Assembly: GCA_023380755.1 (NCBI GenBank)
Contig: JAMCSD010000004.1
Location: 1-36,577 of the forward strand
From: Patescibacteria group bacterium
GTDB taxonomy: Bacteria; Patescibacteriota; Microgenomatia; UBA12405
DNA: 36,577 nt
Direction of reading: 5' to 3'
The notes beneath the pieces were generated by a model that saw nothing but the letters and a program-made list of their open reading frames with translations, made no database searches and was not told the origin of the DNA. Below, in pieces: positions 27,937 to 35,545 of this stretch. The position numbers and the translations under genes were made by a program. Position 1 is the first letter of the stretch, and every line of letters begins with the position of its first letter.

Positions 27937-27985
27937 TGTTAGAAATAATTAACAGTATGTTAACTCTTTCTAACATTTTTGTCAA
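27937..27985 (-). promoter_or_regulatory. Promoter (TTGACA-17-TAACAT) overlapped by two TGTTA-N8-TAACA operators
   Basis: Palindromes at 27937-27954 and 27958-27975, 21 bp apart; -35 at 27985-27980 and -10 at 27962-27957 on the minus strand. Confidence 0.75.
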
Positions 27986-28055
27986 ATGGAAATTGATACA
28001 TTGCATCACCGGCAAAAAAACTTAGAATGAAAACTGTTATCTTTTACGAAGGAAA

Positions 28056-28466
28056 ATGACAGAAATTGATTATCAACTGGAAGACCAAAAAATTGTTGAC
28101 CGTTACCATAATGAGAATCCTTGGGGGATGTCCACCTGCGTGGACTTAAAAGGATGCAACCCAGAAACGATCCGAAGTGAGGAAAAAATTAAACAATTTG
28201 TGGATGAGTTGGTGATGTTGATTGAGATGAAAAAATTTGGGGAATGCACCTGCGTCGATTTTGGCGATAACCCGCGGGTCTCGGGATTTTCGATGACTCA
28301 ATTGATTGAGACCTCGTTAATTTCCGGCCATTTTGCCAATAATACCAATGCCGCTTACCTGGATATTTTTAGCTGCAAAGCATATCCACCTTACAAAGCG
28401 GCAGAATTTTGCAAAAACTTTTTTGGCGCCCAAGAAGTGGAAGTCAAAGTAAATTTTAGGAATTAA
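28056..28466 (+). CDS. speD: Pyruvoyl-dependent decarboxylase proenzyme, AdoMetDC/SpeD family (substrate uncertain)
   Basis: VDLKGC, LIETSLISGH (self-cleavage Ser and His), LDIFSC. Confidence 0.75.
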   Translation: MTEIDYQLEDQKIVDRYHNENPWGMSTCVDLKGCNPETIRSEEKIKQFVDELVMLIEMKKFGECTCVDFGDNPRVSGFSMTQLIETSLISGHFANNTNAAYLDIFSCKAYPPYKAAEFCKNFFGAQEVEVKVNFRN

Positions 28467-28486
28467 AAAACAGAAATCGAGACGGT

Positions 28487-28572
28487 TGGCGGAAGGAGGG
28501 GGACTCGAACCCCCAAGCCCTTTCGAGCGCAGGTTTAGCAAACCTGTGGCTTACCATTCGCCGCATCCTTCC
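28487..28572 (-). tRNA. tRNA-Ser(GCT), CCA encoded
   Basis: Acceptor GGAAGGA/TCCTTCC, anticodon arm CAGGT-TTGCTAA-ACCTG, long variable arm, GTTCGAG, G73-CCA. Confidence 0.95.
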
Positions 28573-28625
28573 CTTAGCCTTCAAGTATACCAAATTTAAA
28601 ACTTATGCTTTATAGTTACTAATAG

Positions 28626-29189
28626 ATGCCAAAAAAGACCATCAGCGTACCCGAAGACGTGGACTTGGCCACCCTGCAAAAAACCCTGGAAGACTTACGT
28701 GAAGAAAAAATCTGGGTAGAATGGGAAGCGCCGGAAAGAAGTTTTAAGCAAATGAATAAGGATTTCTGGATCACCTCGATAGCGATATTAGTACTGGTGT
28801 CGGTGATCTTGATTTTTGTAAAGGAGTTCTTCTTAATTATGGCCTTAGCGTCGGCATTATTTTTGGCATATGTGCTGACAACCGTGCCGCCGGGGAAGGT
28901 AAAAAATAAGATTACGAACCGGGGGGTATATTTTAGCGACGTGTTTTATCCGTGGACGGATTTGGCCCGGTTTTGGTTTGGGAAATCGGTGGACAACATA
29001 GTGGTAAATTTTGAAACCCAACTGCGCTTTCCTAGAGAAGTAACCCTGATTATTGACGGGCTGGACCAGAATAAGCTGAAGGAGGTCTTGTTGCGGCAAC
29101 TGCCGCTAGTAGAGACTTCGCCAAAATTCGTGGACAAAGCCACGGTGTGGCTGGGAAAGAAGTTACCGCTGGAAGATCGGCCAAAATAG
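28626..29189 (+). CDS. Conserved hypothetical membrane protein (DUF5673-like)
   Basis: WEAPE...two TM helices...ITNRGV...YPW pattern common in CPR genomes. Confidence 0.7.
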   Translation: MPKKTISVPEDVDLATLQKTLEDLREEKIWVEWEAPERSFKQMNKDFWITSIAILVLVSVILIFVKEFFLIMALASALFLAYVLTTVPPGKVKNKITNRGVYFSDVFYPWTDLARFWFGKSVDNIVVNFETQLRFPREVTLIIDGLDQNKLKEVLLRQLPLVETSPKFVDKATVWLGKKLPLEDRPK

Positions 29190-29241
29190 AAGAAATAACT
29201 GTAAAATCGCCCCATTATCTTGTATAATCGCAAAGAACGCG

Positions 29242-29281
29242 CCCATCCTCCTTCGCCAAGGCTACGGAAGGATGAAATGGG
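29242..29281. repeat. Small palindromic REP-like element upstream of tRNA-Arg
   Basis: CCCAT...TCCTTCG-CCAAGGCTA-CGGAAGGA...ATGGG imperfect hairpin; only one copy in this window. Confidence 0.55.
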
Positions 29282-29294
29282 TATTTAACAAAAT

Positions 29295-29366
29295 GCGCCC
29301 ATAGTTTAATGGATAGAATAGCGGTTTGCGGAACCGTTGATCCAGGTTCGATTCCTGGTAGGCGCA
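29295..29366 (+). tRNA. tRNA-Arg(GCG), CCA not encoded
   Basis: Acceptor GCGCCCA/TAGGCGC (one C-A mismatch), anticodon arm GCGGT-TTGCGGA-ACCGT, GTTCGAT T-loop. Confidence 0.92.
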
Positions 29367-29420
29367 CAAGAAAAATAGAGGAAATGGCAAAGGTGTATAC
29401 TGCGTATAGAAAAACATTAT

Positions 29421-29777
29421 ATGCCAGAACGAGCAAGAGTATTTGTAGTTGAGGATAGTCAAGATTGGCTGAAGACGATTACAGGATTATTGGAAGACGA
29501 CGGACACGATGTAGTCTTAACAGCCAAGAGTCGGGAAGAAGCTTTGGCTTCCATTCCAAAATTGAGAGACTTAAAGATCCAGGTGGCGACTTTAGATGGA
29601 AATTTGAGTCCTTTGGAGTACGGTGGTACAGATGGACAAATAATATTAAAAGCAATGAGGGACGGAATGCCTGAGCTGAAAGTCATCGGAGTTACTGGGG
29701 GAAGAATTGACGGAGCAGATGTAAATGTATGGAAAGGTGATAGCAGCGATTTGGGGAAAATAGTGACTAATCTTTAA
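29421..29777 (+). CDS. Stand-alone response-regulator receiver domain protein
   Basis: VFVVEDS acidic pocket, TLDG phosphoacceptor Asp, VTG Thr, WKG Lys; no output domain. Confidence 0.8.
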   Translation: MPERARVFVVEDSQDWLKTITGLLEDDGHDVVLTAKSREEALASIPKLRDLKIQVATLDGNLSPLEYGGTDGQIILKAMRDGMPELKVIGVTGGRIDGADVNVWKGDSSDLGKIVTNL

Positions 29778-29798
29778 CCTGATACAATAAAGTGATCT

Positions 29799-29882
29799 GG
29801 AGAGATGCGCCGAATTGGTAAGGCAACGACCTCGAAAGTCGTCGCCCGCAAGGGCTTGGGGGTTCGAGTCCCTCTCTCTCCG
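29799..29882 (+). tRNA. tRNA-Ser(CGA), CCA not encoded
   Basis: Acceptor GGAGAGA/TCTCTCC, anticodon arm ACGAC-CTCGAAA-GTCGT, long variable arm, G73. Confidence 0.95.
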
Positions 29883-29884
29883 CT

Positions 29885-30151
29885 TTACTTGGAGACGTGT
29901 TTAAGCCAGAGTCTTTTGACTTTATCCAGGGTGAGGGTGGAAAGAACAAAACCAAGAGTGGGAATGATCGCATTTAAAAAGGGCTGGAAGACACCGATGG
30001 AAATCATAAAAAGGACCATAACAGCATAAGTTAATAGGGCAATGAGGCAACGGCGAGCCCAACTGGTTTCCCATTTTTTGTCAGCCTCAACCCGAGCGTT
30101 GCGGAGTTTAATGGCAGCGATTTCTTTGGAAAGAGCAGTTAAGGTGGTCAT
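29885..30151 (-). CDS. Small conserved membrane protein
   Basis: RNARVEADKKWETSWARR followed by two TM helices. Confidence 0.7.
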   Translation of the reverse strand: MTTLTALSKEIAAIKLRNARVEADKKWETSWARRCLIALLTYAVMVLFMISIGVFQPFLNAIIPTLGFVLSTLTLDKVKRLWLKHVSK

Positions 30152-30158
30152 GGTTTGA

Positions 30159-30614
30159 TTATATAATTTCGCCGACGTACCGACCGGAATTAGGAAAACC
30201 TTGCTGGTAATCGGCTAAAAGTTGGGAGGAAAGAGTATGTGGGTAAAGATTTTCGGGCAAATGCTGAAGATCGAGCCAAGACAGCCACATCGAACCATCG
30301 GGGTGCTGGGGATCGTGATGACCTTCCAGCTCAGGGCCTTTATTAATTTCTCCTAAGATAAATAATTCGACATTATGCTCGTTTTCATTGGAGACAAAAT
30401 AATCACGGATATAAAGGATCTTTTTAAAAGTGAATTCGGTATCGTCGCCACATTCTTCACGGATTTCCCGGGCACAACCGGCAGCAATGGTCTCCCCATA
30501 TTCAAGGTGGCCACCGATGTAAAAATAAAAATTATGTTTCCGGGTGTAAGAGGTCAATAGCTGACCGTCACGAATAATAACCAAACGAAGACGGACAAAC
30601 ATATGGTGATCCAT
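30159..30614 (-). CDS. Nudix hydrolase
   Basis: Nudix box GGHLEYGETIAAGCAREIREECG. Confidence 0.9.
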   Translation of the reverse strand: MDHHMFVRLRLVIIRDGQLLTSYTRKHNFYFYIGGHLEYGETIAAGCAREIREECGDDTEFTFKKILYIRDYFVSNENEHNVELFILGEINKGPELEGHHDPQHPDGSMWLSWLDLQHLPENLYPHTLSSQLLADYQQGFPNSGRYVGEII

Positions 30615-30632
30615 AAGTGAGGATTATACGCC

Positions 30633-31850
30633 CTAATTCTCATGAACAGCAGTCTGATGGGCGCGGAGCCGGGGCAAGAGGGAAAACAAAAAGAAGAAAG
30701 ACATCAGAGCCAGAAAAGCCTCGCCCAAGAAAGGGAGGCCGCGCCAGAAGCGGTAAACGTAAGCAGAAAACAAGGGGCCTAAAACCCGAGCCACTGACTG
30801 CAGCCCCTGATATGCACCCTGGACCCTCCCCTGCTCCCGAGGGCCAACGGCGGTGGAAATAAGGCCAGATGCCGAGGGTTCAAAAAGGCCATCGCCGATG
30901 TTAAGCAGAATGACACCAAGATAAAGAACAAGTGGAGAAACGGTAAAAATAGTGAGCAAGGAAATAGCAAAGCCGAGGGCGGCCAAAAAAACACCAATAA
31001 TGACCAGTTTGGCTTCGCCAAGGAGAGGCAAAAGTTGGCGAACCAAAAAACCCTGAGAGATGATGTCCAAAATACCAACAACAAAAAGAAGCAGGCCAAT
31101 TTGGGAGGCAGTCCAGCCCAAAACATCCTTGGAAAAAACCGAGTTATTGCCATACATGGCATTAAGAGCAAAAAAGAAAATAAAGGCAGCAATAAATAAT
31201 TTGGAAAGGAGGGAATGATTTAAAATGTGATTAAATTGGGCAATAGGATTAAGATGGGCGAGATTAATCTCGGCAGTGGCATGCTCGGGCGAAAGACTTT
31301 CGGGAAGGACTAAATAACCCCAGAGAAAATTAACCAGAGTAACCGCGGCAGCCACAAAAAGAGGGGTGACGATAGAAATATTGGACAAAAAGCCGCCTAA
31401 GGCAGGGCCAATCATAAATCCGAAACCACCGGCAGCACCCAGAAGGCCAAAAACCCGGCCGCGGTTTTTGGGCTCGGTAATATCGGCAACGTAGGCATAA
31501 ACAGTGCTGATATTGCCACCGGTAAGGCCATCAACAATCCGGCCTAAAAAAAGAATCGGCAGAGAAGCGCCAAAACCTAAGAGAAGGTAGCCAACGACAG
31601 AGCCCAGAAGGGAGGCCAATAAAACCGGGCGGCGGCCAAAGCGGTCCGCTAAAGCTCCCAGACTGGGACTGGCTAAAAATTGACAAAACGCATAGGCGGA
31701 AAGCAAAAGACCAACGTAAAGAGCAATTTCAGTAGAAGAGCGGGTAAAACGCTCCACTAAAAAAGGCAAAATGGGAATAATAATGCTGAAACCCAAAAAA
31801 TTAAGAAACATGGTGACCAAAATAAAGAGGAAACGGGAATCAGGCTTCAT
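30633..31850 (-). CDS. MFS transporter, DHA1/TetA-like family
   Basis: About 12 TM; motif A GALADRFGRRP, GRIVDG and motif C GFMIGPALGG. Confidence 0.92.
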   Translation of the reverse strand: MKPDSRFLFILVTMFLNFLGFSIIIPILPFLVERFTRSSTEIALYVGLLLSAYAFCQFLASPSLGALADRFGRRPVLLASLLGSVVGYLLLGFGASLPILFLGRIVDGLTGGNISTVYAYVADITEPKNRGRVFGLLGAAGGFGFMIGPALGGFLSNISIVTPLFVAAAVTLVNFLWGYLVLPESLSPEHATAEINLAHLNPIAQFNHILNHSLLSKLFIAAFIFFFALNAMYGNNSVFSKDVLGWTASQIGLLLFVVGILDIISQGFLVRQLLPLLGEAKLVIIGVFLAALGFAISLLTIFTVSPLVLYLGVILLNIGDGLFEPSASGLISTAVGPREQGRVQGAYQGLQSVARVLGPLFSAYVYRFWRGLPFLGEAFLALMSFFFLFSLLPRLRAHQTAVHEN

Positions 31851-31859
31851 AAGAATTCA

Positions 31860-33005
31860 CTAAACGTGGGCGGAAGGAGCATCCTCGGGGAGCCCGGGTT
31901 CTTTAGCGCGACGCTGAGAAAAAATCATGACGGCAATGAGAGTGGTAATAGGCACAGCCAAAACCAAACCAATACCACCGACCAGGGTGCGAACAATTTC
32001 TTCGGAAATAAATTCATAATTGATAATTTCAGAAAAAGGATGAGGATTGTCCACAAAGATGAGTAATAAAGGCAGGGCGGCACCAGCGTAAACCAGGATT
32101 AGGGTGTTTACCATGGAAGTGATGTGGTCGTGGCCAACATTCATGGCTTTTTTATAGAGATCCCACTTTTTAATTTTGGGCGAGGCGGTTTTTAATTCCT
32201 GGACGACAGAAGCTTGGGCGGCGGTAATATCGTCGAGAATACCCAAAACGCCAATAATAATACCGGCAAAAAGAAGACCCTGCATATTTAGCAGTCCTGG
32301 CTTATAAAGGGAGAGGGTGGCGGCATCTTCAGAGGCTAACCCGGAAAGGTGAACAAAACGAATAAAGACGAAAGCCAGAGCGCCGGTAATAATTAAAGAA
32401 AGCCAAGCGCCAAAAATGGCCACGGTAGTTTTGTGATTGAGGCCGTGGGAAAGATAAAAGGTTACCGGAATAACGAGAACGGCAGCAATCAGGGCAATCA
32501 GTATGGGGTTGGCACCATTAGCCAGAAGAGGCAAAAGAACTTTAAAAATAATTAAGAAAGTAAGGGAAAGGCTGATTAAGGAACTGACTCCCTTCCAACG
32601 AGCCACCAAAAGAGTAACAGCTAAAAAAATCAAGAGAAGAAGAAAAAGTTTATCGCGGCGGACAAAGTCATTAACAGCAAACACATCGTGACCATCGGGA
32701 TCGGAAGTGCGGATAACAGTAACTTTATCCCCTACCTGATAATGGACGATATTGGCCAGAGGTTGGTTGCCATTTTCGACAGTAATGGTATGGCCAGCCA
32801 GCGAACCTTTGGCAATGGCAATCTCTAACTTTTGGTAAAGTTGTTTATTGCCCATAACTTCAATGGTTTTTTCTTCGGAAACAGTGGTGATTTTGCCTTC
32901 AAGGGTTTCAGCGTTACCACCGACAGAAGAGGCATCCTGGGCAAAAGAGCGGACCGGGAAAAATAGGGCCACCAAGAAACAAAGACTAAGGAGGAATTTA
33001 TTCAT
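31860..33005 (-). CDS. YibE/F family membrane protein
   Basis: DFVRR, GLNHKT, GVLGILDD, DHITSMVNTLILVYAG and EEIVRTL motifs. Confidence 0.9.
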   Translation of the reverse strand: MNKFLLSLCFLVALFFPVRSFAQDASSVGGNAETLEGKITTVSEEKTIEVMGNKQLYQKLEIAIAKGSLAGHTITVENGNQPLANIVHYQVGDKVTVIRTSDPDGHDVFAVNDFVRRDKLFLLLLIFLAVTLLVARWKGVSSLISLSLTFLIIFKVLLPLLANGANPILIALIAAVLVIPVTFYLSHGLNHKTTVAIFGAWLSLIITGALAFVFIRFVHLSGLASEDAATLSLYKPGLLNMQGLLFAGIIIGVLGILDDITAAQASVVQELKTASPKIKKWDLYKKAMNVGHDHITSMVNTLILVYAGAALPLLLIFVDNPHPFSEIINYEFISEEIVRTLVGGIGLVLAVPITTLIAVMIFSQRRAKEPGLPEDAPSAHV

Positions 33006-33111
33006 GGTGTATTTTAGAGCAAATGCCAGGAAAATATCAGGGCAAGCTGGTTGTAATAAACTCGGGATAAAATCGTATTTAGAAGTAAACGGTTATCCAT
33101 TATTTTCCCCA

Positions 33112-33879
33112 ATGAAAAGAAAAAAAATTGTCAGAGACTTATCACTGGTAGTGGTGGTCATATTTTTGTCATACACGGCAGCATTTCCCTTAAAGGTACA
33201 AGCCAAGGAAAGTACGCCAGCAATAGCTATCCAAGCGAACAAGAACCGTTTTGGCAAACAAGTTGACCAATTAAGATTAGCCCTAGAAAAGGCAATTACA
33301 GAACTGGGCCAACGGGAGAATATTTTGAAAAAACAAATTGATACTTTGGTAGGAATGGATAACAGCCGGGTCCAGGCGGCAATAACTAATTTAGAAAAAC
33401 AAATCAGCAGATTAGAGTCTCTAAAAGTTCCCGAGAACCCCACCGAAGTCGGAGAATTGCACACGGTACAAAAACAATTAATGGATAGCCGATTGGCGGG
33501 GTGGAAGGCGGTGACAGCCGGAACAAAGGAGGTCTGGGTTTTGGAGCGAAATAGTCGGCTATATAAGCGGATTGGCAAACAGTTAACAGCAGACATTAAC
33601 AAAACGGTACAAAATTTAGCGCAGCAAGAAGATCAGCTAAAAACGCGGTTGGCAATAGAGACGGATAAGGAGTTGGTCAGCAACACCCAGGCAAGTATTA
33701 ATAGCCTCTCGGAAAAAATCAACCAATTAAAGGCGATGGAGGTGCCCGAAAACCCGACCAACGGAGACGACCTGAAAAAACTACAGGCCAATTACCTTGG
33801 ATTACGCAAAACGGCTATGCAGGAAGTGAAGGATGGTAAAAAGGCACTGGCAGAAGCCAAAAAGCTACAAACCCGCTAA
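33112..33879 (+). CDS. Secreted alpha-helical protein with two internal repeats
   Basis: Signal peptide (MKRKK...VQA) from ATG 33112; two ~90-aa units each containing VPENPT. Confidence 0.7.
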   Translation: MKRKKIVRDLSLVVVVIFLSYTAAFPLKVQAKESTPAIAIQANKNRFGKQVDQLRLALEKAITELGQRENILKKQIDTLVGMDNSRVQAAITNLEKQISRLESLKVPENPTEVGELHTVQKQLMDSRLAGWKAVTAGTKEVWVLERNSRLYKRIGKQLTADINKTVQNLAQQEDQLKTRLAIETDKELVSNTQASINSLSEKINQLKAMEVPENPTNGDDLKKLQANYLGLRKTAMQEVKDGKKALAEAKKLQTR

Positions 33880-34349
33880 AACCAGCGACCGGGATGAGCA
33901 AACTTCATGCCCCGACCGGGAAAAAGAAGTTGAAGATTGAGGTGGTTTTGGCTGGCCCAATTTTGAAGATCTTGGTGTTCACTTTGAAGTTTTTGACGGC
34001 GTTGCTGAGGAGTCAGGTTAGCCCAATTCTGGCGGTCAGTTTGGCGCTCCTGCTGCAACTGCGTTAACTTATTTTCAATAAGAGTTTTTTGAGCAGCAGT
34101 AATAGTGCCATTCTTGACATCAGCGTCGAGTCGGGAATCAAGAGCGGCCTGGCGGCGGGATTGGAGATCATTTTTATATTGGTCAAAAACTGATTGGACA
34201 TCACTTTCCTTGAGGCCAAAACGCTGCGCTATCCGCTGAACCAGGGTGGAAAAAGCGGGAGCCGGGGTTTGAGCAAAAACACGGCTGGCACCCACCGCGG
34301 CAACAATTAAAATAACTAGGAGGACTGATAAGAGAAGGGTATTTTTCAT
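33876..34349 (-). CDS. Secreted Gln-rich helical protein
   Basis: Signal peptide MKNTLLL...VFA from ATG 34349; LDADVKNGTITAAQ and LTPQQR segments. Confidence 0.7.
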   Translation of the reverse strand: MKNTLLLSVLLVILIVAAVGASRVFAQTPAPAFSTLVQRIAQRFGLKESDVQSVFDQYKNDLQSRRQAALDSRLDADVKNGTITAAQKTLIENKLTQLQQERQTDRQNWANLTPQQRRQKLQSEHQDLQNWASQNHLNLQLLFPGRGMKFAHPGRWF

Positions 34350-34386
34350 ATGAAAGGGAGTGTACTCAAAAAAGCTGAAAGGAGGC

Positions 34387-35055
34387 TTAAGGAGCGGGGT
34401 GAGCAGCAGCATTGATAGCGGCTTTAAGATCGGAGTAGCCTAAGGCGCCAGTAAAAAGACGGTTGTTGATATAAAAGGTAGGAGTAGCACTCAGGCCAAG
34501 AGCATTACCATCGCTAATATCGGCATTAATTAAAGAAAGAAAACGGTGGGAAGATAAATCTTGGTTAAACTGGGAAAGGTTGAGACCGAGGGCTTGGGCA
34601 TATTTTTGGTAAACCGGTAAAGGATTGGCGGGAGTGCTCCACTCACCCTGGTGCTGATAAAGATCACCAACCATTTCCCAATATTTACCCTGGCTGCCGG
34701 CAGCCAGGGAAGCTTCGGCGGCACTCACGGCGTTGGGATGCTGAGGCAGAGGAAAATTGCGAAAAACAAAGTTGATTTGGCCGGATTCTTCTTGGAGAAG
34801 CTGTTCTACAGCCGGGTATATGGCGGCGCAGGAGGGACACTGGAAATCACCAAATTCAACCAGGGTGACAGTGGCCGAAGAAGTCGCCTGGCGGTAACTC
34901 CAAGTGGGAACAAGCTTGGCAGGATCAACGGCGGCGGAACTAAGGTTGGAAGAAGCGGGAGAACGGCTTAAAAGAGAAAAGAGCAGGAGGCCGGTGCCAA
35001 AAAGAAGCAAAATGACGAGACCGAGTTTGGTAAGGGTTTTTAGTTCAGCGGGCAT
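34387..35055 (-). CDS. dsbA: Membrane-anchored DsbA-family thiol-disulfide oxidoreductase
   Basis: EFGDFQCPSC (CxxC), FRNFPL, cis-Pro loop ATPTFYIN, N-terminal TM. Confidence 0.88.
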   Translation of the reverse strand: MPAELKTLTKLGLVILLLFGTGLLLFSLLSRSPASSNLSSAAVDPAKLVPTWSYRQATSSATVTLVEFGDFQCPSCAAIYPAVEQLLQEESGQINFVFRNFPLPQHPNAVSAAEASLAAGSQGKYWEMVGDLYQHQGEWSTPANPLPVYQKYAQALGLNLSQFNQDLSSHRFLSLINADISDGNALGLSATPTFYINNRLFTGALGYSDLKAAINAAAHPAP

Positions 35056-35467
35056 GGAATTTCCCCCAAAGAAAAAGACAAAGAGTAATGACGGAAAAAG
35101 CAGTTAAAGAAAGTAGAGGAATGGTAATGAAGCCAAAAAGAGTAAAAAAGTGAGTGGTACAAGAAACTCCAACGGTACAAGGAGCGGTTCTTTCGGAAAG
35201 AATCCGAAAATAAAGGAGATTATGATAAAGAGCAATGAAAAAACCCAAAAGACTAAGGGGTAACACATAAAGGTGGATGAAGCGGTCTTTAGTCAAAATG
35301 CCAACGGCCAAGATAAGGACGAGAGGGTACATGAGGATCCGCTGGTACCAACAAAGAACACAAGGGGTGAACTTTAAAACTTCACTAAAAAACAAACTAC
35401 CTAAGGTGGCCACTAAGGCCTGAAGCCAAGCGAGGTAAAGAATGGCGGATGAAAGTGATTTGGACAT
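35045..35467 (-). CDS. dsbB: Disulfide bond formation protein B (DsbB/BdbC-like)
   Basis: PCVLCWYQRILMYP, second Cys pair CTVGVSC, four TM. Confidence 0.92.
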   Translation of the reverse strand: MSKSLSSAILYLAWLQALVATLGSLFFSEVLKFTPCVLCWYQRILMYPLVLILAVGILTKDRFIHLYVLPLSLLGFFIALYHNLLYFRILSERTAPCTVGVSCTTHFFTLFGFITIPLLSLTAFSVITLCLFLWGKFHAR

Positions 35468-35501
35468 AGTAGATTAATTATAGATTATAAAAGAAAAAGC
35501 A

Positions 35502-35540
35502 TTAGCAATCGTTGACATAGTCTGCTAAGGTGATTAAAAT
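35502..35540 (+). promoter_or_regulatory. clpB promoter (TTGACA-17-TAAAAT) overlapped by a CIRCE-like operator
   Basis: TTAGCAATC-N9-GTCTGCTAA at 35502-35528; -35 at 35512-35517 lies in its spacer; -10 at 35535-35540; ATG 5 nt downstream. Confidence 0.85.
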
Positions 35541-35545
35541 TAGGC

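Noticed and set aside
28487-29882. Possible tRNA-anchored genomic island or prophage
   Set aside because: No integrase, no repeated tRNA 3' end (att site) and no phage genes seen.
30633-31850. Calling the MFS gene a tetracycline-resistance determinant (tetA)
   Set aside because: Family motifs do not establish substrate, and there is no tetR or mobile context.
33052-33077. TGTAAT-N16-CGTA resembling an ECF promoter upstream of the secreted repeat protein
   Set aside because: Single short degenerate match, no similar site at the sigma gene itself, and the specificity of this sigma is unknown.
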